Assembly (NCBI GenBank): GCA_030550095.1
Contig: JAUQQA010000003.1
Coordinates: forward strand, 25,108-89,107
Source of the DNA: Chloroflexota bacterium
Lineage (GTDB): Bacteria; Chloroflexota; Anaerolineae; J036; Brachytrichaceae
Direction: 5' to 3'
DNA length: 64,000 bases
The notes below the pieces were generated by a model. It was not told the origin of the DNA and did not search any database. It saw only the letters and a list, made by a program, of their open reading frames with translations. Of this stretch, positions 48,458 through 56,950 are shown one piece after another (the stretch's first letter is position 1; each line of letters opens with the position of its first letter). A program made the position numbers and the translations under genes.

Positions 48458-49222
48458 ATGACGTTTACCATTTTTCCCGCCATCGACCTTCACCAGGGTA
48501 AAGTGGTGCGCCTCCGGCAAGGCGATCCCAACCGCAGGACAGAATACGCACAGGACCCGGTCAGCGTCGCTGAACGCTGGGCAGAAGCAGGTGCATCGTG
48601 GCTTCATGTGGTCAACCTCGATGGCGCCCTGGGAGACGTAGAGAGCGCTAAGGCCAACCGCACAGCCCTTGCGCAGATTTGCCACGTTCCGGGTGTGCGT
48701 GTTCAGTTTGGTGGTGGGTTGCGTCACCTTGAGGATGTGCGCGCTGCTTTCGATGCAGGCGTCACCCGGGTAGTGCTCGGAACCGCTGCGGTCGAGAATC
48801 CCAAGCTAGTCGCCGAGGTGCTCGCACTTTACGGCCCAGAGCAGCTTGTAGTCGGGCTTGACGCGCGCGAGGGCTTGGTCGTGACACGCGGTTGGCAGCA
48901 GGAGACCCCGCTTACAGCCATTGAGATCGGTCAACGGATGCGCGAAATGGGCACACGTTACGCGCTCTACACCGAAGTAGGGCGTGATGGCATGATGAGC
49001 GGCCCTGCAGCCGAACTTACAGCTGCGCTTGCACAGCTCACAGGCCTCCAGGTGATCGCCTCTGGCGGTGTGCGCAACCTAGACGATGTGCGAGAGCTGA
49101 TGCTCTATGCCCCTAAGGGGGTGTGCGGTGTCGTCATTGGGCGCGCTCTGTACGAGGGCGCGATAGACTTAAGCGCGGCACTTCAACTCGTAGCACAGCA
49201 AGACCAACCCCATGCTCGCTAA
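48458..49222 (+). CDS. hisA: ProFAR isomerase
   Basis: 254 aa. [20 protein letters not shown], and ASGGV, the typical HisA (beta/alpha)8 signature. Confidence 0.92.
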   Translation: MTFTIFPAIDLHQGKVVRLRQGDPNRRTEYAQDPVSVAERWAEAGASWLHVVNLDGALGDVESAKANRTALAQICHVPGVRVQFGGGLRHLEDVRAAFDAGVTRVVLGTAAVENPKLVAEVLALYGPEQLVVGLDAREGLVVTRGWQQETPLTAIEIGQRMREMGTRYALYTEVGRDGMMSGPAAELTAALAQLTGLQVIASGGVRNLDDVRELMLYAPKGVCGVVIGRALYEGAIDLSAALQLVAQQDQPHAR

Positions 49223-49964
49223 GCGCATCATTCCTTGCTTTGACGTAGCCAATGGTCGCATCGTCAAGGGTGTGAACTTCGTTAACTTGCGCGACGCTGG
49301 CGATCCCGTGGAACAGGCGCGCGTTTACAACGACGCACGTGCCGATGAGCTGGTCTTCCTCGACATCCTAGCATCGCATGAGAACCGCAAGACACTCGTT
49401 GAGCTAGCTCGGCGCGTCGCCGATGAGGTCTTCATCCCATTCACCATCGGCGGCGGTGTGCGCGACGTCGAAGACTTCCGCGCGCTCCTGCTTGCTGGCG
49501 CTGATAAGTGCTCAGTCAACAGCGCTGCTGTCCGAAACCCAAACCTGATCAGCGAGGCGGCTTGGCGCTTTGGCTCTCAATGCGTGGTGGTCGCCATTGA
49601 TGCCAAGCGCGAGGATGGTCACTGGCGTGTCTATCTCAACGGCGGACGTATTCCCACAGACCTTGATGCGGTGGAGTGGGCAGCGCGCGCAGAACAGCTC
49701 GGCGCAGGCGAGATCTTGCTCACCAGCATGGACACAGACGGCACACAGGACGGCTATGACATCCCCCTGCTGCGCGCAGTGTGCGAGGCAGTGAACATCC
49801 CTGTCATTGCTTCGGGTGGGGCAGGGAAGCTAGAACACTTCTACGAGGCGATCCAGGCCGGCGCGAGCGCCGTGCTCGCCGCAAGCGTGTTCCACTACAA
49901 GCGCTTCTCCGTGCCTGAGGTGAAGCACTACCTCGCTGAGCGCGGCGTGCCAGTGCGGCTATAA
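49212..49964 (+). CDS. hisF: Imidazole glycerol phosphate synthase, cyclase subunit
   Basis: 250 aa. [26 protein letters not shown], and ASGGAG. Overlaps hisA by 11 nt. Confidence 0.95.
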   Translation: MLAKRIIPCFDVANGRIVKGVNFVNLRDAGDPVEQARVYNDARADELVFLDILASHENRKTLVELARRVADEVFIPFTIGGGVRDVEDFRALLLAGADKCSVNSAAVRNPNLISEAAWRFGSQCVVVAIDAKREDGHWRVYLNGGRIPTDLDAVEWAARAEQLGAGEILLTSMDTDGTQDGYDIPLLRAVCEAVNIPVIASGGAGKLEHFYEAIQAGASAVLAASVFHYKRFSVPEVKHYLAERGVPVRL

Positions 49965-49970
49965 CGTCTC

Positions 49971-50624
49971 ATGCAGCTACTCATGGGCAAACTCACTTTC
50001 AACGAGCAGGGGCTGATCCCCGCCATTGTGCAAGACGCGCGCAATGGGCGCGTGCTCATGCTTGGGTGGATGAACGCCGAGGCCTTAGAGCGCACACAGG
50101 CAACGGGTGAAGTGTGGTTTTGGTCGAGAAGCCGGCGTGCGCTGTGGCACAAGGGCGAAACCAGCGGGAACGTTCTGCGCGTGCGCGAAATTCGCGCTGA
50201 CTGTGACGCCGATTGCTTGCTAGTGCGTGCCGAACCCAGAGGCCCGACGTGCCACACAGGCCGCCCAAGCTGCTTTTGGCAGAGCGTGAAAGACGAAGAA
50301 ACCCAGCCACTCGATCCCCCTTCAGCAACATTTCTCGATGAGCTTGAGCAGCTCATTGAAACACGGCGCGGTGTCGCGCACGAACTCAGCTACACAGCAC
50401 GCTTGTTCGCCGAGGGAACAACACGGATTGCGCAGAAGGTAGGTGAGGAAGGCGTCGAAGTTGCGCTCGCCGGAGCGACACAAGACGATCAACGCCTCAT
50501 TGAGGAGAGCGCTGACCTCATTTACCACCTTCTCGTGCTGCTTCATGCGCGAGGGCTGCGCTTCGACGCCGTCCTAGCACAGCTCGAACAGAGACACGCC
50601 GCACGGAGAGACCACCAACCATGA
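49971..50624 (+). CDS. hisI: Bifunctional phosphoribosyl-AMP cyclohydrolase / phosphoribosyl-ATP pyrophosphatase
   Basis: 217 aa. [34 protein letters not shown] (HisI), then the HisE part ([28 protein letters not shown]). Confidence 0.9.
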   Translation: MQLLMGKLTFNEQGLIPAIVQDARNGRVLMLGWMNAEALERTQATGEVWFWSRSRRALWHKGETSGNVLRVREIRADCDADCLLVRAEPRGPTCHTGRPSCFWQSVKDEETQPLDPPSATFLDELEQLIETRRGVAHELSYTARLFAEGTTRIAQKVGEEGVEVALAGATQDDQRLIEESADLIYHLLVLLHARGLRFDAVLAQLEQRHAARRDHQP

Positions 50625-50902
50625 ACAGCGAGCAGCAGCAATTTCACGCCATCGTTCACGGCATTGTGCAGGGGGTCAATTTCAGGTACGCAACCCGACA
50701 AGAGGCCCAGCGCTTAGGCGTTGTCGGCTGGGTGCGCAACTTGCCCGATGGCACAGTCGAGGTTTTAGCTGAAGGCAAGCGCGCAGCACTTGAATCCCTG
50801 CTCAGCTTCTTGCACAAAGGACCCCCAGCCGCCCGTGTGACCCGCGTTGATGTGGAGTGGGGGAGTGCAAGCGGAACGTTCACGAGGTTCGAGATCCGTT
50901 GA
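50621..50902 (+). CDS. acyP: Acylphosphatase
   Basis: 93 aa. [12 protein letters not shown] and [12 protein letters not shown] signatures. ATGA overlap with hisIE. Confidence 0.88.
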   Translation: MNSEQQQFHAIVHGIVQGVNFRYATRQEAQRLGVVGWVRNLPDGTVEVLAEGKRAALESLLSFLHKGPPAARVTRVDVEWGSASGTFTRFEIR

Positions 50903-50907
50903 CAACC

Positions 50908-52275
50908 ATGCTCGCAGTCGGGATCGACATCGGAACCACCAACCTCGTTGCCGTGGCGTTCGACACACAACACCGCAGACTTGCTGCAGTGGCTAGCGCT
51001 CGCAACACAGCCGACGTGACACCGAAGGAGCACCGCGCGGAGGGGTGGTCAGAACTGGACCTCGAGCAGGTCTTTGAAACCGCAGAAGCTCTGCTCTCAC
51101 GCCTCTCTGAAACGCTAGGACAACGGCGGGAGGAAGTGCGCACGATCGGGGTGACGGGTCAGATGCATGGCGCCGCTTTTGTCAACGCGTTCAACTGCCC
51201 TCTGCGCCCAGCAACCACCTGGCAAGATCAGCGCGCACGCGATCTCATCGAGGAAATGATCGCACGCGCAGGCGGGGAAAAGGCATTCGAGCGCACCGGC
51301 TGCCTACCGTCTGCCGGGTATCTTGGAGCGACCGCCTACTGGCTAGCAAGACACGAGGCACTGCCCAGCTCCGCCACGCTGTGCACGATCCCCGATGCCG
51401 TTGCTGCCTGGCTGGCAAACGCACCTACACATAGCGGGTATTCGCTCGCCGCATCAACAGGGCTATTCGACGTGCGCAGCAAGGAATGGGACGGAGAAAT
51501 CATTGGAGCGCTTGGGCTAACGCGTTTACAACTCGCCCCCGCCATAGAAGATGGGACACCCTTAGGAAGACTACGCCCAGAAATCGCCGATCGTCTCCAC
51601 TTGCCAAGTGATGTCACCGTTTGTGCAGCAATTGGTGACCATCAAGCAAGCCTTATCGGCAGCGAGTGCGTTGCGCCTGAGTGCGTACACGTCAATATCG
51701 GCACTGGGGCGCAACTCTCAAAGGTGGTGCGTGAGTTTCTCCCCGCCGACCCCGAGAGGGGTATCGAGACACGGCCCTTTCTCGGAGGCTTGTATATCCG
51801 CTCAGGCGCTGCGCTCGCTGGGGGACGCACATTTGCGCTACTCATCACGTTCTTTCGCAGCGTCTTCGACCTCCTCGGGGTAACCCCTCCAGACGAAAGC
51901 ACGATGTACGCAGCCATCACACGCGCCGCGCTGGAAACACAGCCTGAGGGTTTGCAGGCAGAGACGTGCTTCGACGGCACTCGCCATGACCCTCAGCGAC
52001 GCGCAAAACTCGTTGGATTAAGCGCGAAAAACTTCACTGCAGCACACCTCGCACGGGCGATCACGGAAGGCGTCGCCGACGAGTTGTGGTCGTTTGCCGA
52101 GGCTATCGGCGTACGAGCAGGGAGCGATCTACATGGTGCAGGCAACGGTTTGCGCCGCAATGCAGCACTCCGCGCTGCGATCGCCGCGCGCTTCGGTGCC
52201 GAGCCGCGTCTCCCCGATTGGGAGGAAGAGGCAGCAGTCGGCGCTGCGCTCTTGGCTGCACGCCATCTCACATGA
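50908..52275 (+). CDS. FGGY-family carbohydrate kinase (sedoheptulokinase/xylulokinase-like)
   Basis: Start at MLAVGIDIGTTN (ATG 50908). GVTGQMHG and GDHQASLIG. The substrate cannot be assigned from the sequence. Confidence 0.78.
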   Translation: MLAVGIDIGTTNLVAVAFDTQHRRLAAVASARNTADVTPKEHRAEGWSELDLEQVFETAEALLSRLSETLGQRREEVRTIGVTGQMHGAAFVNAFNCPLRPATTWQDQRARDLIEEMIARAGGEKAFERTGCLPSAGYLGATAYWLARHEALPSSATLCTIPDAVAAWLANAPTHSGYSLAASTGLFDVRSKEWDGEIIGALGLTRLQLAPAIEDGTPLGRLRPEIADRLHLPSDVTVCAAIGDHQASLIGSECVAPECVHVNIGTGAQLSKVVREFLPADPERGIETRPFLGGLYIRSGAALAGGRTFALLITFFRSVFDLLGVTPPDESTMYAAITRAALETQPEGLQAETCFDGTRHDPQRRAKLVGLSAKNFTAAHLARAITEGVADELWSFAEAIGVRAGSDLHGAGNGLRRNAALRAAIAARFGAEPRLPDWEEEAAVGAALLAARHLT

Positions 52276-52287
52276 GGAGACCTGACG

Positions 52288-53880
52288 ATGCAACGTTTCG
52301 AATTTGGTGACCTCTCGCTCTACGTGTTCGGGGGATGGAACGAAATTGGTGGTAACCAGATCCTGCTCTCCACCAAAGCAGGAAGCCTCCTCCTAGACTT
52401 CGGGAAGAGTTTTGGCCGCTGGAAGCGTTACTTCACCGAATTCATCAACCCACGCTCTGGCTTCGGTGTGCGTGATCTGCTCTTCTTGGGGCTTTTGCCC
52501 CCTGTGCGCGGGCTATACCGAGACACCTCCGAGGACACGCTCATCGCCACAGAGCTTGACCGTTTACGACTGAGCAAATCAGACTTGGACGGCGAGCGCA
52601 TTGCTGGGCTTCTGCTTTCCCATGCTCACCTCGACCACACAGGAGCAATTGCCTACCTGCGCAACGATCTGCCCATCATTGCAACTGGAACCACAGCTGC
52701 AATCGCTAAAGCCATGCAAGATACAGGGCAGACAAACTTGGAAAGCGAGATCACCTACCTCAATCCGAGGACGCTCAACGACGAGGGAATCCTGAGCAGC
52801 AAGAGAAACGGATACCTGCGCCGCCCGTTCAAACTTATAGGCGGAACGCTCCCAACGCAGTTTGCCAACCGCACCCCCTCCAAGACCAAGCCCCTCGTTG
52901 GCGCACCGTGGGAGCAATTTGGCGGAAAGCTCGGCAGCTACACGATCGAAGCCCTGCCCGTAGATCACTCCGTGCCTGGCGCTGTGGCTTTCTGTGTGGG
53001 CACCGAAAGCGGCAGCGTGGTGTACACTGGCGACCTGCGTCGGCATGGGCGCTGGGGCGAAAACACCGAAGAAACCGTTCGCAAGCTTGCATTGCGCGAG
53101 ATCACGCTGCTCATCGTCGAGGGCACTCGGCTCGGCAGAAGCAGCAAGACATACACCGAAGCCCAAGTGAAAGAAGCACTACACGCGCTGATACGCCAAC
53201 ACAGCGATGCTCCCATCATCGTTGACTTTGCGCCGCGCAACCTTGAACGGATGCTCTCCTGTGTTGAGATCGGGCGCGAGGTTGGTCGAAAGCTCGTCAT
53301 CACCCCGAAGGATGCCCACATGCTCGTCGGCCTGTCCGAAGCAGAGCCGTTCTGGAGAACGGTCCTAGAGGAAGTGGTCGTGCTCAAAGAGAAGAAGGCG
53401 CGACGCGCCGCATGGGAAGAGCAGCTATGGGAGGAGGCTGTAGCCCAAAGCATCACAATCGAGGAAATCATCCGTGCACCCTATGCATTTCTGCTCGCGT
53501 TCAGCTTCTTCGAGCTGAACCGCCTGATCGATCTCCGAATCGCCGAAGAGGCAAGCGGCGTGCCTTCGCGTGAAGGCATATACATCTTCAGCAACAGCTA
53601 CTGGGCAGACGACGAACAAATCCTAGACCTAGAGGTCTTGCTGAACTGGCTCAACGTACTAGGATTCAAGCTGCATCCACCAGAGCTGGCACAGCGCCCG
53701 CGCGACGCCTCGTTGGTGGATAACCCTTACCACACTTCAGGACATGCCCCCCAGCAAGACCTTGTTGAGATCGTGCGGCAGATACGCCCGCGCGCCATTT
53801 TGCCCATCCACACGGAAGCAGCAGGTTTGTGGCACGAGCTTTTACGGGGCGAACCGATCGAGGTGCTACAGCCCAAATAA
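52288..53880 (+). CDS. Metallo-beta-lactamase-fold hydrolase, beta-CASP/RNase J-like
   Basis: 530 aa. GGNQILL, HAHLDHTG (motif 2), VDHSVPG, HTSGHA near the C-terminus, and LPIHTE. Confidence 0.72.
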   Translation: MQRFEFGDLSLYVFGGWNEIGGNQILLSTKAGSLLLDFGKSFGRWKRYFTEFINPRSGFGVRDLLFLGLLPPVRGLYRDTSEDTLIATELDRLRLSKSDLDGERIAGLLLSHAHLDHTGAIAYLRNDLPIIATGTTAAIAKAMQDTGQTNLESEITYLNPRTLNDEGILSSKRNGYLRRPFKLIGGTLPTQFANRTPSKTKPLVGAPWEQFGGKLGSYTIEALPVDHSVPGAVAFCVGTESGSVVYTGDLRRHGRWGENTEETVRKLALREITLLIVEGTRLGRSSKTYTEAQVKEALHALIRQHSDAPIIVDFAPRNLERMLSCVEIGREVGRKLVITPKDAHMLVGLSEAEPFWRTVLEEVVVLKEKKARRAAWEEQLWEEAVAQSITIEEIIRAPYAFLLAFSFFELNRLIDLRIAEEASGVPSREGIYIFSNSYWADDEQILDLEVLLNWLNVLGFKLHPPELAQRPRDASLVDNPYHTSGHAPQQDLVEIVRQIRPRAILPIHTEAAGLWHELLRGEPIEVLQPK

Positions 53881-54162
53881 CACAGGCAAGCATTCGTGGG
53901 CGATAGGGTGCTCTTTGCGCCAATAGGCCCACAATCTTCGTCCACTCATCTTAGTGTTACACAATGATGATTAAGTAACAATAGAGCTGTTCATTGAGAA
54001 AGCATGACACGCTCACTTCGTATGCCCCACTATGCCCTTCTCCTGGCCGTATGTCCAAACAAAGTAACACGTGTTGGGTTTGCCTGCCTGGGAAGCCGAT
54101 GCATCCACTGCGAGATATGGGCAAGCAAGTTGTTGATAAAGGCTGAGACGCCTCCTCGCAAA

Positions 54163-54189
54163 TGATAATTTTTATCAACTGAGTATAAT
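54163..54189 (+). promoter_or_regulatory. Fur-family-like 7-1-7 operator overlapping a TATAAT -10 element upstream of the permease
   Basis: TGATAAT-T-TTTATCA (54163-54177) has one mismatch to the B. subtilis-type Fur consensus TGATAATnATTATCA. TATAAT lies at 54184-54189, 9 nt before the ATG at 54199. Confidence 0.4.
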
Positions 54190-54198
54190 CCGCGCGCT

Positions 54199-55365
54199 AT
54201 GGTCAACGCCCAGGGTACTCAGTTCCTCTCGCTTTCACCTCGTCCCCGGTCAAAGCAACTGCGCTCGTGGCTCGAGCGGGGTCTACTTGCGATCACCCTC
54301 ACCACCCTTATCTACTTGGGCACCACAGTTGTGCTCAGTAGCACACAGGCCCTCCTGAGCGGGCAGCCTCTCGAGAAAGCCATCCCTGTCTTCGAAGCAC
54401 CGATTGCCGAGTTAGGTAAAGCATTAGGAAGAAGTTTGAGCATTTGGATTCCGGAAGAATGGGCTGTCCCAACACCACTTGGAACGCTTGATGTCCGCTT
54501 CACAGTTAGCTACACGATCTACGAATGGTTTAAGCTGCCCGTGCTGCTCTACCTCACGACTTTCGCCATGACGCTGATTCGGCTAAGCATCAGCACAGAG
54601 CGGCTAGAGCGCACGCTTGGCCGAGGCGATCTGCTCGGCATTCTTGGCGGCGTCCTGCTGGGCATGGTAACGCCTGTGTGCTCGTGCACCGTCACTAATT
54701 TGTATGCAGGCTTGATCGCTGGTGGGGCACACCGCCGCGCAGCTGCCGCCTTTCTCTTCGCCAGCCCAGCCATGAATGAGTTCGCTATTGCCTTCATGCT
54801 CATCACAACAGGGCTCCCAGGGATGTTGCTTTACCTCATTGCCGGTATCACAGCTGCTGCTATTGTGGCGCTCCTCGCTGAGATCGCACATATCGCACCG
54901 AAACCATCTGTCTTCCAGAGCCCCACATGCAAGAGCGCGGCTATAAACATGCCCAGAAGCTTGCTTTTGCAGGCCCAGAGCGAGGCATTGCAACTTCTGC
55001 GTCGTCTTCTGTTTGCCGTACTGATAAGTGGTGCATTAGCAGCAGTACTTACCAACTTCAATCTCACCCTCGTCGCAGCACTGCGGCAAGCAGGTTATGC
55101 GTGGTGGGGACCACTTGCAGCAGCGCTGTTGGGGTTGCCTCTTGATGTCAATGCTGCTTCGACGGCGCCAATCTTGTTCGCGTTGCGCGAGATTGTTCCT
55201 CTAGGTACGTTGATCTCGGCAATGATGGCAACCACGGTTGCCTCAATTCCAGAAGGTAGCATGCTGGTGCGCATCATGGGCTGGAGACCAACGCTTACAT
55301 TGGCAATGTTTTACGCAGCCTACACTGCAAGCATTGGGCTGATCATCAACGCAGTGCTTGCGTAG
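54199..55365 (+). CDS. Predicted permease, UPF0718/ArsP-like (PF03773-type)
   Basis: 388 aa with about 8-10 TM spans. The characteristic TPVCSC motif occurs in GMVTPVCSCTVTNLYAGL, and the protein has a two-fold internal repeat architecture. Confidence 0.78.
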   Translation: MVNAQGTQFLSLSPRPRSKQLRSWLERGLLAITLTTLIYLGTTVVLSSTQALLSGQPLEKAIPVFEAPIAELGKALGRSLSIWIPEEWAVPTPLGTLDVRFTVSYTIYEWFKLPVLLYLTTFAMTLIRLSISTERLERTLGRGDLLGILGGVLLGMVTPVCSCTVTNLYAGLIAGGAHRRAAAAFLFASPAMNEFAIAFMLITTGLPGMLLYLIAGITAAAIVALLAEIAHIAPKPSVFQSPTCKSAAINMPRSLLLQAQSEALQLLRRLLFAVLISGALAAVLTNFNLTLVAALRQAGYAWWGPLAAALLGLPLDVNAASTAPILFALREIVPLGTLISAMMATTVASIPEGSMLVRIMGWRPTLTLAMFYAAYTASIGLIINAVLA

Positions 55366-55397
55366 CCCAAACGCTACTGCAGGAAAATAGGGCTACC

Positions 55398-56351
55398 ATG
55401 CAGTTGCAGTTAGGCGAGCCAATCCGTGCCGACGTCATTGATGCATTCCTCGCTTCCTTACACAGCGCTAGCCCAAACACACGCAACGCCTACCGTGCAG
55501 CCCTCACGCTGGCCCTCAATGCTCAGTTGAAGCTAGACGAAGATGTTCTCAACCAGTTCAGCGCTCTCCTCAGCAAACGCAAGTTCTCGAGAGCTACGAA
55601 GCAACTCTACCTTACAGCCCTGCGCCGTCTGCTGCAATGGATGGAGGCAAACGATCGATTGCCACCTGGCTTCAACCGAGCCAAAGCCGAAGTGCGCTAC
55701 AAAGTTGCGCGTGGCAGCGCGCGCGCTGGCTATCGGCACCGCCAACCCGATCCGCAACTTCCCCGTCTCATCCTTCACTATGACGCGATGCCACTTCCCG
55801 AGGAACGAAGACGTCGGCTAGAGATCTTGCGCAATCGAGCGCTCTTGCACACTCTCTACGCCTCTGCTGGGCGTGTGAGCGAGATCGTCTCGCTCACACG
55901 CGCCCAGGTCGCAGATGGCCGCGTAAGCGAGGTGCTGATCGTAGGCAAAGGGAACAAAGAGCGCATCCTCTTTCTCACCCCAGAGGCTCAAGCAGCCATC
56001 CGTGCCTATTGTCAGGAACGCAACGACCCCTACCCTGCCCTGTTCATTAGCCACCGACGCAATTACGGGCAACCCCTAACGCGGATGAGCATCTGGCGCA
56101 TTGTGAAGCAGGCTGCAAAATCGATAGGGCTGAGTGGCAGCACTTCGCCACACACCTTTAGGCACTACCGTGCCACCCAGTTGCTTAACGAAGGCATGCC
56201 ACTGGAGAGCGTTCAAGCCTACCTCGGGCACGCTTCGCCCGAAACCACGCGCATCGTGTACGCACACACGCGCACTAGTGTGCTACGCGACCAACTCAAC
56301 ACCTACGGCCTCAGCCCCAGCGAGGCAGCCAAAGCACACTCCCAGGATTAG
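55398..56351 (+). CDS. Tyrosine recombinase (XerC/XerD-like / phage-integrase family)
   Basis: 317 aa. N-terminal SAM-like core-binding domain. Catalytic residues: R (ASAGRVSE), K (GKGNKER), HxxR (HTFRHY), H (LGHAS) and Y (IVYAHT). Confidence 0.88.
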   Translation: MQLQLGEPIRADVIDAFLASLHSASPNTRNAYRAALTLALNAQLKLDEDVLNQFSALLSKRKFSRATKQLYLTALRRLLQWMEANDRLPPGFNRAKAEVRYKVARGSARAGYRHRQPDPQLPRLILHYDAMPLPEERRRRLEILRNRALLHTLYASAGRVSEIVSLTRAQVADGRVSEVLIVGKGNKERILFLTPEAQAAIRAYCQERNDPYPALFISHRRNYGQPLTRMSIWRIVKQAAKSIGLSGSTSPHTFRHYRATQLLNEGMPLESVQAYLGHASPETTRIVYAHTRTSVLRDQLNTYGLSPSEAAKAHSQD

Positions 56352-56910
56352 GACAACTCCGCCACAGACCGCGTCGCTTCTGCTTCGCTTCACGTTCTGC
56401 CTCGCGAAAGCGATCTTGATACTTCACATCCGGTGGAAAGGAACGCGCAAGCGCGTATCCCTCACGAATGATGACCTCGTTCACCATTTCACCGTTCGAG
56501 AGGTAAACATAGCGAAGCAGGCGACCGTAGCGATCGGTCTCGCTCACATCTCGCTCTAGGCGCACAGTCTGCCCTTCTACCAGCGTACGATTGAAGCGCG
56601 TGGCCTCGCGGCCGAAGCATTCCTGGCGCGTCGTGCTTTCTGGAGCGTCAACACCAATGTAGCGCACGCGGTACTCCTTTCCTCCAATCTCCACAACAAT
56701 GGTGTCGCCGTCCACCACACGCTTAACGAGAGCAAGCTCGTCTTGAGAGGGAACCCCAACGCCGAGGAGCGCTGCAATCTGCTTGAGCAATTGCTCAGCT
56801 CCCACTTGATCACCAGCAGCAAGCTGTATCAGCACTCCCAAGAACAAGAGCACTACCAATACTGCAACGCCCAGGGGGCGCATTCTCTTCCCTTTGCTAG
56901 ATTGCCTCAT
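56311..56910 (-). CDS. Secreted thermonuclease (staphylococcal nuclease/SNase-like)
   Basis: 199 aa. Signal/TM span LGVAVLVVLLFLGVLI, VVDGDTIVV..YRVRYIGVDAPE, DRYGRLLRYV, and EAEREAKQKRRGLW. An alternative start is M10 (56883). Convergent 41-nt overlap with the recombinase 3' end. Confidence 0.85.
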   Translation of the reverse strand: MRQSSKGKRMRPLGVAVLVVLLFLGVLIQLAAGDQVGAEQLLKQIAALLGVGVPSQDELALVKRVVDGDTIVVEIGGKEYRVRYIGVDAPESTTRQECFGREATRFNRTLVEGQTVRLERDVSETDRYGRLLRYVYLSNGEMVNEVIIREGYALARSFPPDVKYQDRFREAEREAKQKRRGLWRSCPNPGSVLWLPRWG

Positions 56911-56950
56911 AGGACTCTGCGGATTCTACTTTTGTAGAATCCGCGCGCGA

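Noticed and set aside
53957-54178. 73-aa minus-strand ORF, and a 57-aa + strand ORF (ATG 54004, with C..C..CxxC) in the AT-rich spacer
   Set aside because: Neither has a G/C third-position bias or a convincing ribosome-binding site, and the sequences are hydrophobic or irregular. The region fits better as a regulatory spacer. The + strand 57-aa ORF cannot be fully excluded without ribosome profiling.
53881-54198. oriC in the AT-rich spacer 7.6 kb upstream of dnaA
   Set aside because: Only weak partial DnaA-box resemblances are present (CATCCACT, CGTCCACT, GCCCACAA), with no consensus TTATCCACA and no obvious AT-rich 13-mer repeats. The Fur-box/promoter interpretation explains the AT-richness near the 3' end.
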